Of a DNA stretch of 64,000 bases, positions 52,387 to 62,900 are shown piece after piece (positions within the stretch are counted from its first letter, which is position 1; the number at the start of each line of letters is the position of its first letter). Source of the DNA: Chitinophaga pinensis (GTDB lineage Bacteria > Bacteroidota > Bacteroidia > UKL13-3). The notes below the pieces were generated by a model. The model did not search any database. It was not told the origin of the DNA and was given only the letters and a program-made list of their open reading frames with translations. The DNA is taken from positions 136,154 to 200,153 of the forward strand of contig CAMARW010000001.1 in assembly GCA_945860865.1 (NCBI GenBank), read 5' to 3'. The position numbers and the translations under genes are program-made.

Positions 52387-53685
52387 ATGAATAAACTTTC
52401 TGCCACCCTTATTTTATTTTTCTTCTCCTGGTCATTATATGCGCAGCTTCCTACTTCTATGCTTATAGAGCGGCATAAACTCGACTATCAAATTCAAACA
52501 ACCTTATTGGTTTCAAACCAAATTTTGCAAGAGTTAGTTACTTCAAACATACTTCCAAAGCAAAATTCTACAGAGCAGGTAAGCGATATCCATAATGCAC
52601 AAAAGGCCGAAGATTTTACGGCATATCTCATTCAAGATATGAGTAAGCTAAAAAGGGATACTTTTATTTTGTTATCAAAGGAAGACAAGGGATTTTTGGA
52701 GAGAACTAAAGCAGATTCTGCTAATCCGATAAGAGATAATTTTTTTGCAGACTTTAAGCACAACTCTAGAAAAATTGCGCGTTTACATGGTGTAACAGCT
52801 GTTTCAGTATGGTTTTTGTCTGAGTTTGTTCAAATCATATCAATTCCTGTTACTGCGGCAATTGGAGCGCCAGAAATAGGCCTTATGCTTGTGGCCTCTC
52901 CCCTTAATTTTATAAACATGGCCATAACCATAAAGGCCATAGATATATCCAATCAAATAAACCTTAAGCATGCCTATGGTGGGGCTAAAAATAAAAGAGC
53001 TTCAAATAAAATAAAGAGGAATTTGTATAGAGATTATAAAATTAAAAATGAGAATACGCTATTACACTTTCTTGAATTAAAGAATGATACAAATTATTTT
53101 ATTAGCGTAAATAGAAACAATATTTTCACTGAAATTTTTAGTTTTTTAAGGCTAAACCAACACAAATTGTATTATACAAATCTGAAGCGATTTAGTCGAA
53201 AACAAGTTAATGGAGACACCTTATTAGCTATATTGGATCAAAAGGGAATCTCTAGAGAAATGAGAAGCTTGTACGCAGCAATTTATTTACATCAAACACA
53301 CCCAGAATTGTTTAACCAATTTACTGCCTTATACCATCAATCTATGGTTAAAATAGCATCAAAAAACAAACAATTAATGCTAAGAACAGACGTAAAAAAT
53401 TGGGTTTTTACGGTATGTGAAATTAGAAATATAAAAGAATTGGATTGGGCCTTAAGGCAAATGCCACCGGATGTAAAAGTGCATGAAGTAATGGATTTGT
53501 TTGATGCCATTATTTTAAAATATTGGGCCTTGCACATGAATAAGCAAAATTTTAAAGCTTTCAGAAAAATGATTAAAGGCTTTAAAAAGACCAATTATCA
53601 ATTACTAAATCAGAGTGATGAATATTTTACAGCGGCACATACGGATGTATTGCTGCTTAATTGTGGCTTGTTTTATAGCCTGTAG
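52387..53685 (+). CDS. Hypothetical protein with a signal peptide and a central hydrophobic hairpin; no recognisable family
   Basis: The ORF begins at 52327. The ATG at 52387 gives MNKLSATLILFFFSWSLYAQ. The protein is Lys/Asn-rich, with a hydrophobic stretch VTAVSVWFLSEFVQIISIPVTAAIGAPEIGLMLVASPLNFINMAITI. Confidence 0.45.
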   Translation: MNKLSATLILFFFSWSLYAQLPTSMLIERHKLDYQIQTTLLVSNQILQELVTSNILPKQNSTEQVSDIHNAQKAEDFTAYLIQDMSKLKRDTFILLSKEDKGFLERTKADSANPIRDNFFADFKHNSRKIARLHGVTAVSVWFLSEFVQIISIPVTAAIGAPEIGLMLVASPLNFINMAITIKAIDISNQINLKHAYGGAKNKRASNKIKRNLYRDYKIKNENTLLHFLELKNDTNYFISVNRNNIFTEIFSFLRLNQHKLYYTNLKRFSRKQVNGDTLLAILDQKGISREMRSLYAAIYLHQTHPELFNQFTALYHQSMVKIASKNKQLMLRTDVKNWVFTVCEIRNIKELDWALRQMPPDVKVHEVMDLFDAIILKYWALHMNKQNFKAFRKMIKGFKKTNYQLLNQSDEYFTAAHTDVLLLNCGLFYSL

Positions 53686-53706
53686 GTTGAATAAATAATT
53701 TGTAAA

Positions 53707-54312
53707 TTATGATTGGTACGGAATTCTGCTTAAAATAGATCTGCCTAATGTAATTTCATCGGCATATTCTAATTCTCCTCCTATGGCAATGCCTCTAGAT
53801 ATGGTGCTAATTTTAACAGACATATCTTTCAGTTTTCTGGCAAGATAAAAGCCTGTTGTATCTCCTTCCATAGTGGCACTTAAGGCCATAATAATCTCTT
53901 TAACTTCGTGGTTTTTTACCCGTGCAAACAAATTTTCTATTTTTAATTGATCAGGTCCAACGCCCTGTATAGGATTGATTAAACCGCCTAATACATGATA
54001 AGTACCGAAGTATTGTGCTGTATTTTCTATAGCCATAACATCTCTTAGGTCTTCTACTACGCAAATGGTTTGGGCATCTCTTTTTGGATTAGCACAAATG
54101 TTGCAAATTTGCGCATCGCTTACATTGTTACATTGCTTGCAAAATTGAATTTCTTTCCTGAGTTTACTTATAGCTTCGCCCATTTTAACGGCTAAACTTT
54201 CCTCTTGTTTTAGCAAATACAAGACCATGCGTAGGGCCGATTTTTTGCCAATACCAGGAAATCTAGACAATTCATTTACTGCCTCCTCAATCAATGTTGA
54301 TGGATAATTCAT
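53707..54312 (-). CDS. recR: Recombination protein RecR
   Basis: 201 aa with the HhH motif (FPGIGKKSALRM), a C4 zinc finger (CKQCNNVSDAQICNIC) and a Toprim region. Confidence 0.95.
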   Translation of the reverse strand: MNYPSTLIEEAVNELSRFPGIGKKSALRMVLYLLKQEESLAVKMGEAISKLRKEIQFCKQCNNVSDAQICNICANPKRDAQTICVVEDLRDVMAIENTAQYFGTYHVLGGLINPIQGVGPDQLKIENLFARVKNHEVKEIIMALSATMEGDTTGFYLARKLKDMSVKISTISRGIAIGGELEYADEITLGRSILSRIPYQS

Positions 54313-54384
54313 GCTACGATATTAACAGAATTACTGCAATTTTTCAGCAAGTTTTAACTAATTTTACGCACCAAATAAACCAAT

Positions 54385-55179
54385 ATGGATTTAAAAACAA
54401 TTTGTCAGAATGCTTGTCTAATAGCCGCTGAAGCAGGTAATTTTATTCGCACAGAGAGGCAGCATTTCCAAGCCAATAGTGTGGAGGTAAAAAGCTTTAA
54501 TCAATTGGTTAGCTATGTAGATAAAACTGCCGAAGAAATCCTTGTTAAGGGCTTATTAGCAGCATTACCAGAGGCTGGTTTTATTACGGAAGAGGAAACC
54601 ATTGCTACCCAAAATAAAGAATGGATGTGGGTGATAGACCCCCTAGATGGAACTACTAATTTTATTCATAATTTGCCAGTTTACAGCGTAAGTATTGGAT
54701 TGTTAAAAAATAATAAACCAATGATGGGGATTGTTTATGAGGTAAATAAAGACGAAATGTTTTATGCTTGGAATGGGGGAGGTGCTTTTTTAAACGGACA
54801 GCCTATTTCGGTTAAAACTAATGCCGATTTAGGAAAATCGCTTCTAGCCACTGGCTTCCCTTATTACGATTACCAGCAAATGGATGCCTACCTAGATACG
54901 CTTAAATATTTCATGAAAAACACCCAAGGCATGCGCAGAATGGGTAGTGCTGCTATAGATTTAGCCTACACCGCGTGTGGCAGATTTGACGCTTTTTTTG
55001 AATATGGATTAAGTCCGTGGGATGTAGCAGGTGGCATTTGTTTAATTGAAGAAGCGGGTGGTGTAATTGCTGATTTTGAAGGAGGAAACAATGCCCTTTT
55101 TGGCAGATCCATTATGGGTTCTTCTAAGGCGTTATTCCCTGCTTTTTCGAAAGTTATTAAAGATAACTTTGTGAAATAA
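54385..55179 (+). CDS. suhB: Inositol monophosphatase family protein
   Basis: 264 aa with the IMPase motifs WVIDPLDGTTNF and WDVAGG. Confidence 0.85.
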   Translation: MDLKTICQNACLIAAEAGNFIRTERQHFQANSVEVKSFNQLVSYVDKTAEEILVKGLLAALPEAGFITEEETIATQNKEWMWVIDPLDGTTNFIHNLPVYSVSIGLLKNNKPMMGIVYEVNKDEMFYAWNGGGAFLNGQPISVKTNADLGKSLLATGFPYYDYQQMDAYLDTLKYFMKNTQGMRRMGSAAIDLAYTACGRFDAFFEYGLSPWDVAGGICLIEEAGGVIADFEGGNNALFGRSIMGSSKALFPAFSKVIKDNFVK

Positions 55180-55196
55180 GTTAACTAATTTGCGCT

Positions 55197-56273
55197 ATGA
55201 AGGGACTTTTTTTTTATTCATTCTTACTAGTTAAATTAACAATAAGCGCGCAAGAATCTAGCAGCTTTGTATTGGGTAAAAGTCTTTATTACGGCAATAT
55301 TATAGCTCATTCTAAAGATATTGCCGCTCTGGCCGCAGCCAACCCTTTTGGTGCTTCTTTCTCTGTTGCTTGGCAAAACAATAAACAGGTTGCAACAGAA
55401 TCTTCACCCATAAGAGCAAAACGTGGTTTTAGATTCGCTTATACCCATTTTGGTAACGCGCAACAATTGGGAGAAGTCTATCAAATTACAGCTTTTACAG
55501 AGCCATTTATAGGCTCAAACCGAAAGCTTTTTTTGAGTTTTCCTTTAGATGCTGGAGTGAGTTATTTAACTAAAATTTATCACCCTATTCACAATCCAGA
55601 AAACTTGTTTTTTGGAAGTGCTATCAGTTTTTATTTGGGCGTTGGCGCACAGCTTAATTATAGGTTTGGAAAGCAATCGCTGGCAAATATTGGTGTGTCT
55701 TATCAACATATTTCAAATGGTGGTATTAAGGCTCCTAATAAAGGCATGAACTACCCGTCTTTAAGCGCCTCTTATTGCTATTATTTAAGTCAAGCTAATT
55801 GGCAACGGCTTAACCCAAGCCCTGCTAATGCCGGGCCTGCTAATAATCTATTGCGTTTGTTTTTGTTTGGGTCTTTTAAAACAGTGCCCAACCCAGATTT
55901 ATTGGTACCTATGGGTGGCGCTCAAATTTTATATGCTCGGTCGTTAAACACTTGGCACCATCTTATTTTTGGTTCAGAACTCTTGCACAATACCTTTAAA
56001 AAGGAGTGGCTAAAAAGGCAAGAAATAGAGGTTAATCCTTGGGAAATGAGTGTGCAAGCAGGTTACGAATTGCGCATTGGCAAAACAAGCTTGATACTGC
56101 TTATGGGTGCAGATGCTTTAAACAAAAATAGGCTAAATACTTTGCTCTATCAGCGTTATGCCTTGGTTCAAAAATTAGGTAATAGGTTTTTGTTAGCAGG
56201 TACTTTAAAAGCCAACGGACACGTTGCAGATATTTTTGATTTGCGTTTGGGGTATCAAATTTCTCAAAAGTAG
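55197..56273 (+). CDS. Acyloxyacyl hydrolase (PagL-like lipid A deacylase family) outer-membrane protein
   Basis: 358 aa with a signal peptide and beta-barrel-like composition. It carries the H-x-S-N-G catalytic-type motif (YQHISNGGI). Confidence 0.6.
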   Translation: MKGLFFYSFLLVKLTISAQESSSFVLGKSLYYGNIIAHSKDIAALAAANPFGASFSVAWQNNKQVATESSPIRAKRGFRFAYTHFGNAQQLGEVYQITAFTEPFIGSNRKLFLSFPLDAGVSYLTKIYHPIHNPENLFFGSAISFYLGVGAQLNYRFGKQSLANIGVSYQHISNGGIKAPNKGMNYPSLSASYCYYLSQANWQRLNPSPANAGPANNLLRLFLFGSFKTVPNPDLLVPMGGAQILYARSLNTWHHLIFGSELLHNTFKKEWLKRQEIEVNPWEMSVQAGYELRIGKTSLILLMGADALNKNRLNTLLYQRYALVQKLGNRFLLAGTLKANGHVADIFDLRLGYQISQK

Positions 56274-56280
56274 AGGAAGG

Positions 56281-56931
56281 TTATAAATGCTTTTTTCTAA
56301 TGAGGGTAATGCCATCTCTTATTGGCAATAAAACGGTTTCAACGCGAGGGTCTAACTGCACTTTTTTATTAAAGGCATCTATGAGCTGGGTGTCTTTGTC
56401 TTTTTCCAGTGATTGGTTATCTATTACCTTGCCGCTCCACAATACATTATCGGCTAAAATTACGCCGCCCGGATTTAATTTATCTATTACCAAATCAAAA
56501 TATTTGGCATAACTGGATTTGTCTGCATCTATAAAAACTAAATCAAAACTTTGTGGCAGCGTGCGAATAATCTGGTAGGCATCGCCAATAATCATCTGTA
56601 TCTTGTTTTTATATCCTGCAGATTCTATGTAGTGGTTTACTAAATCTTCTAACTCTGGGTTTACATCAATCGTAATTAACTTGCCGTTTGTATCCATACC
56701 CTCTGCCAAACACAAGGCAGAATATCCCGTGTAGGTACCAATTTCTAAAATATATTTGGGTCGAACCAAATGACTTATCATAGCCAAAAACCTGCCTTGT
56801 AAATGTCCGCTCAACATGCGAGGTTGCAATACTTGCGCATGGGTTTGTCGGTTCAGCTTTTTTAATATTTCTGGCTCATTACTGCTGTGTTGTTCACAGT
56901 ATTTTTGAAGGTCTTCGCTTAAAAATTCCAT
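56281..56931 (-). CDS. Class I SAM-dependent O-methyltransferase (family 3, caffeoyl-CoA OMT-like)
   Basis: 216 aa with the SAM motif LEIGTYTGYSALCLA and FIDADK. Confidence 0.8.
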   Translation of the reverse strand: MEFLSEDLQKYCEQHSSNEPEILKKLNRQTHAQVLQPRMLSGHLQGRFLAMISHLVRPKYILEIGTYTGYSALCLAEGMDTNGKLITIDVNPELEDLVNHYIESAGYKNKIQMIIGDAYQIIRTLPQSFDLVFIDADKSSYAKYFDLVIDKLNPGGVILADNVLWSGKVIDNQSLEKDKDTQLIDAFNKKVQLDPRVETVLLPIRDGITLIRKKHL

Positions 56932-56933
56932 GT

Positions 56934-59900
56934 TTATTGTATGGTGTAGCGCACAGAAAAACCGCCACTTGTAATTACCGTTGGAAATGAATTAGAGGTA
57001 AAAGGATTGGTTCTTCTTCTGTCGTAGAAAATACGTAACATCAGCTTTTCGTTGATATTGTAATCTATGGTAGGCTTTAGGCTTAGCACATTTTGCCCAG
57101 ATACGGGTTCGCTGGTGGCCCTGTCTAAGTTACGCACGCTGGTCTGGTTTTCTCTAATGGTAAAATCAAATCTAAAGTTAATGTCGTTGTTTAGCATCCT
57201 TTTTCTGCCGCCAATTTCAAAAGGCAAAACCAATTTATTGGTTCTGTAGCCAATGCCAATTACAAACTCTTCGCCAAATTGCTCGTTTAATTGCCTGTTG
57301 CCTAAGGCCAAGTTGAGGGTTCTATCTCGGTTATATTTAAAGGTGGTGGTAATGTTGTTTACTAAGGTGATATCAACACCTATAAGTGGGCCAAACCTTT
57401 CCGAAATAGAAATCTGTCTAATTACATATTCTGGCGCAAAATCTGTAGTAAGCGTAGTGTTTCGGCTGGTATCCATTACCGTTTGAAATCCCGCCACATT
57501 ATAATTACTTTGGTATGCCGATTGAATATTTACATTAGAAGCATACTGTTTAATAAATTCAATTTTACTCAATCCGTTGTAAGTTAACCGCCAATTTGGG
57601 ATAGGGAAATTTTGGAACGGACTTATACCTATGCTGCCTGTAGAAACGCCTCTGTATGCAGCTAAAAACGCTGGTATTAAAACATCTTGTTGGTAAGCCC
57701 CAAATCCCTCTGGAAAAGAATCTGGGTTTTCTGGTAAGGGTAAGCCTCTTTCCATAGCCAAGCGACGGGCAATGTCTATACGGTTTGTTTGAAACTGTTT
57801 AAAAACGTCGCTCACTCCATTCTCATCTTGTGGCGAAAAGGCCGTTCTTAAAACACTGTAACTTATGCTGTAACTTCCTTGTTCAATAGGTGCTCCAAAA
57901 TCTCTGTAAATTCCGTCGTTACTATCTGGGTCGTAGCGGAAATAAGCAGTTAAATTTTTTGAGTAATTCTTGGTAGCATTTAATTCAATTCTAAAATCTT
58001 CCAATGGCTCAATTTGTGCACGGGCGGTTATGGCCTCTTGGTAATTTAATATGTACGGACTAACAATCCTAGGGTCGTTGCTAACCCATCCATTTTCTGC
58101 CGCCCTGAACCTAAAATTAGGATCTTGCATACCAAAAATAAAATCATAACCTGGTGCTTTTAAGTCTAAATTCTGACCTAAAATTTGTGTTCTTGGTTGA
58201 AAGCCAGGCAAGGCTGTTCCGTTGGTTGTGCTGTAGGTTCCGCTTACATTTTTTATGGAGGTTAAAAGTCTCACAGGTATAGATGCCCATAAGGGGTATG
58301 TTTCTCTACCTTTATCTTCTTTAGCCTTTTTGCCTTTTGCTTTTGGATCTGTATTTTCTTCTGTATTTTTTGGCTTAGGTGTAGCAGCTTGTTTGGGGCT
58401 CATTATTTTTTTGTAGATGCCAAATTTATTGTAAAGCTGCACAAAGTTTAGGCTTACATTCCACTGTTGTTGCTGAGAATTTTGAATGGTATTACCCAAG
58501 CTATCTGCCGCTGGTGGCGCCTGCAACCATTGGTAGTTTGCATTGTAGTTATACGTAACCTGGCTAACCCATTGCATATACGGCAGTTTGTTTACCGGAA
58601 TATTTACGTTTAAGCGAGCTGTTTGGTCGTATTTGGTGTTTCTACCACCGTTTAAAAAGTTAGTTTTTATACTGTCTCTTTTCTCTATGGTGTTCCTATT
58701 AATTTGCCCATCGGGCTCATCAATACGAGAATCGTTGGTAGCGTTAAAATCTAGCTTAATATTTCTGGTTAAATCGTAGCGCAATTCATAGTTCCTGCGC
58801 ATGGTAAACATTTTATCGTACAATACGGGTAAAACGGTTTCTCTACTATCGTTGTTTCTACTTAAAAGTTCACCATACCTTCTTTCAGATTCTACGCGCA
58901 CACCCCATGAAGCAGGCAAGAGGTTAAAGTTTACATCTCTTATAATTTCAAGATTTTTGTTTTTTACAAACTTCTTAAACGGTTCAATTGGTTTGCTTAT
59001 AAAATTATAGTTGTAGCCTACAATACCTCTATAATTTTCAACTAGGTTGTACTCTAATGTTTGGTTTCGTCTAAATATTTCGGTAAATGAGTAGGTAAAG
59101 TTAAAGTTCTCAATATCCCAAGGGTAAGCTTGTTTTGAACCAACTCTGTTTTTTCTAACATTGGTAAAATTGTAACTTTTACGGGCGGTATAATCATCAG
59201 CCGCTCTGCTAATTTGGTCGCTTCGTTCGGGGTTTCGGGTTTCTTCAATTTCTTTTTGTAAGCGCGTATCTGGATTAAGCGGATTAAAAAATGGCCTTAT
59301 AATAGTATTGCCATAAGAGAAGAAAAATGGAACACTTAAGCCAGAGTTTTTAGGAAGGAATTTGCCTAGTTCAAAATTGGTCTGGAAATCATAAATATAG
59401 TTGTCGGCCATACTTCGTTCCATAAGTTTTTTATCAATGCCACCCCAGCCCACACTCTGGTAGCTACCACTTAATTGAACATTTCCCAAATCAGCTAATT
59501 TGGCCAATACTCTGCCAGTAGCGGCATCTCCACCACGTGTGCTAAAATCTGTCATGCGTAGTTCATTAAACCAAATCTCTGCACATTTTGGCAAGCCATC
59601 GTCTGTGCTGCTTCCAGGCCTTCTTTTTGGGTTACGCACACCCATCATCATAATTCTAAGCTGACTAAAATCTGGCATACCTACAACGGTGTAGGTGCCA
59701 TTTCCAATCTGCCTGCTAAAGGGAGCGGTAAAGGCAAAACCTGCGTTGGTTCGGGCAATTTTAGTATTAATCATTTCTTCTAAAAGAATGGTCATTTCAT
59801 TGCCTCCTGGCCAAATAGCCCCTGGTTCTCTGCTTCCTTCGGGTGTTACTTTTAAGGGTATTTCAAACTCGTAATAATTATTGGTTAAATCTGTTCCAAA

Positions 59901-62900
59901 TCTAAAGAATGCATTTAGCTCATCATCTTTTAAGTTGGCACCTTCTGCATGCACAAACATTCTTAATTTACCATACTGACGTAAATCTACACTGGTATTT
60001 TTAAATACGCCTCTAGCATCACCATCTTTTAGGTTACAAGTTAATAAACTTATAGATTGTTCGTTTTGCTGTATAGGGTTGGGTGAGCTAAAATCTAATT
60101 CGCGCTGTATACCTGGAGGTGCCACATAAACAATGGGTCTGCGGCCCCCATTTTCTACAACATTTACGGTAGATACCACAAATTGAGTATTGTCTGTGGG
60201 GTCAACTGGCCTGTGCTCTCCACCTGCCTCTAAGTTGTTTAAGTATTTGCGCCAATCTGCTCTAACAAGTTGCAGTGAGGCTAAGCGCACAACGGTTGGT
60301 TCTTCAAAACCACGCATAAACATACGTATAAAACGGATAGATTTAAAGTCGTTTATTTCTCCCACTTTGCGGCTGTATTCTCTTATAGGAACTTTAATTT
60401 GATACCATTTTTCTTCGGCAAAATCTCCGTTAATAAATTTAGCACTGGTGGTAAGGGTGTCTGTTACGTAATTTTTGCCAATGGTAAAGGCATCACGTGC
60501 AATTTCTATGCGGTATTGAAAATACTCTTCTACGCCATTTACCGTGTAATCTCTGTTTAAATCTTCGTTATCTGGAACGTTGGTAGCTGCAGTTGGATAG
60601 GTTTCTGGAGATTGGTCTACGGTTGGTGAATTGCCTTGGTGGCGATTAAATTTCTTGTACCTATTCAACAAACCAAGTTGCACACTGTCGAAATCTGTTC
60701 CCAAATAATAGTGATAATTATCATTACTTGGGTCGGCTTCTGCTTGTTGGTAAACGGTTGAGCCTGCACCAAACCTAGCCCTAATTTTTGCCAAATAACT
60801 TTGTTCAAAATGGGCACGTTCATTCACATCATTTAAACCATCTAAACCAATATCTTGGTTTTGCCTTACCACTGGGTCTGCATCAAAGGCATAATTAATA
60901 ACGGGTGCTCTAGACACTCTTCCCCAAACGGTTGAATCTACCAAGGCTGTTTGTTCTGGAGAATTATTCTTTGGTAAGCCATTTTCTGCAATTCTTCTGT
61001 TGTCTCTTAAAATATCTTCCGAAATATTTCCCAAGTTAATATACAAAAAGCCTCTATCAACACTAGCTGGTTTGTCTGCAAAGGGATCCATTACCCACAT
61101 TTCTATATAATCTATGTTGGCTTGTTCAAAGTCGTTTTGATCTACTTTGCGCATAATACCTCCCCAATTAGAACGAGGATTTTTGAGGCTTCCATCTTCG
61201 TTTAAATCGTCTACGTTGTAGTTATACGGACCTCTTTCACTAGGGTAAAAAGATAAATCTAAAGTAGGTAGGGTAGTAGGCAATCCTTGCTGAATCTGAA
61301 TGTTTTTAAAAACATCCTGCTGCAATACTTCTCGCGCAGCATGCAAAGAAAGGGCGTTCGGGTCTTCTCTTAAATGCTGGGGTGTAAAAGGGTCGTTTCG
61401 GTAAAAAGTGGTGGCAATGGTATACCAAGCCAAATTGGCTCTTTTAAAGCCATAATCTAGTTTGTTTAATGTATTTCCCTCCGGAAACATATCTGGCTGT
61501 CCTTGCGGTGTGCTGGCTAAAACCCAAGTATTTCCCATGCGTAAATCAAAGGGTGTTTCTGCTCCTTCAAAATCGTCTAAATAGGCAGTTCCGTTTTGGT
61601 TTAAAGCCCCTTGGATACCTGGTATTAAGCGGGCATATTCCCCCGAGATAGTAAAATTGGATGGCTCCTTTGTTTCTATAAAAGGAAGCTTATCAATTAA
61701 TTTGGTAAGCATACGCGATTGTTTGGTATATGAACCATCTACACCCACAACAATATTTGAAATGGGCTCTTCTCCAATGTTCACCTTTGGCGTTAATGGT
61801 CGCTCATTTAAATACATAAAGGTTGAGCCTAATATTAAATCAGGGCTATATTTATAATCGAAGCGCGCGCCGGTTAAGCTCTTTGACTGAATTTGAAACA
61901 AGTTATTACTTTCAGAAGATACTTTGATAACCGCGCCCGAATTTAACAAGGCCGTGTTTACAATCTTTACCCTACCCAAATTATAATCAACAATAAAATC
62001 TGAATTTTCTGATAGCGGCGCACCATTCGCAGTAACACGCACAGAGCCTCTTGGCACATTGGTTGAACCCAAAGAAATTTCGTTGGTACTGCTTCCCTGG
62101 TAACTGCCTCGCAAAAAGAATTTATTAAATTGAGGCTGTTGTATGGCACTAAATCGGGTTGAATCATACAAAGAATAAAAACAATAATAGTCGGCCAAGG
62201 TTCTATCGTTTACAAACTTTGATGCCAAATAAGAACCAAAGGGCTCAACGGTTGGCAGGTAAACCCTTCCTGTTTGTGAGTTTACTGTAACGCCCTCAAT
62301 ATAATCGAACAAACCATCCGAAACTGCTTCTTGTTGGGTGTTCATTTTATCTACATTAAACACGTTTAACAAAGGCAAATTGCTCAACAAAGGTTCATTT
62401 TTTACAGGCAAATAACTTAAATCTGCCCCACTCGGGTCATCGGCATATACAATGTTTAACTTAAATTCTTTTGATTGAATTTGGAATGAACCTAATGCAT
62501 ATACATTCTTCATCATTAAATCCCAAATGGGTAAATCGGGGCGCATACTTGGGCCTTTCAGCATCTTTAAAAATAGCACCTCTGGGTTATCTACATTTCG
62601 GGGAATATCCTGACTAAAATCTCCTACTTTAAAAGGTATTCCGTTAATAGTTCCTTCGTAAGCTACGCACAATACATCGTCGTTGTTTAGGGTTTGGTTC
62701 AAAGAGATATAACCTAATCTGGAGTTGAAGGTAAATTCGTTTGGACCCAATTGTCTGGAGAAATTGATGTTTTGGTATTGTGAAATGGGTTTCAATCCTG
62801 TTACGGCAAAGTCTTCCGAAAGTTTGTTTTCTATTTGGTAGCTAGCTCTAAATTTGGCTGCATCTGCGGCGTTACCAAATCCATTTAAATAGGTATTTGG

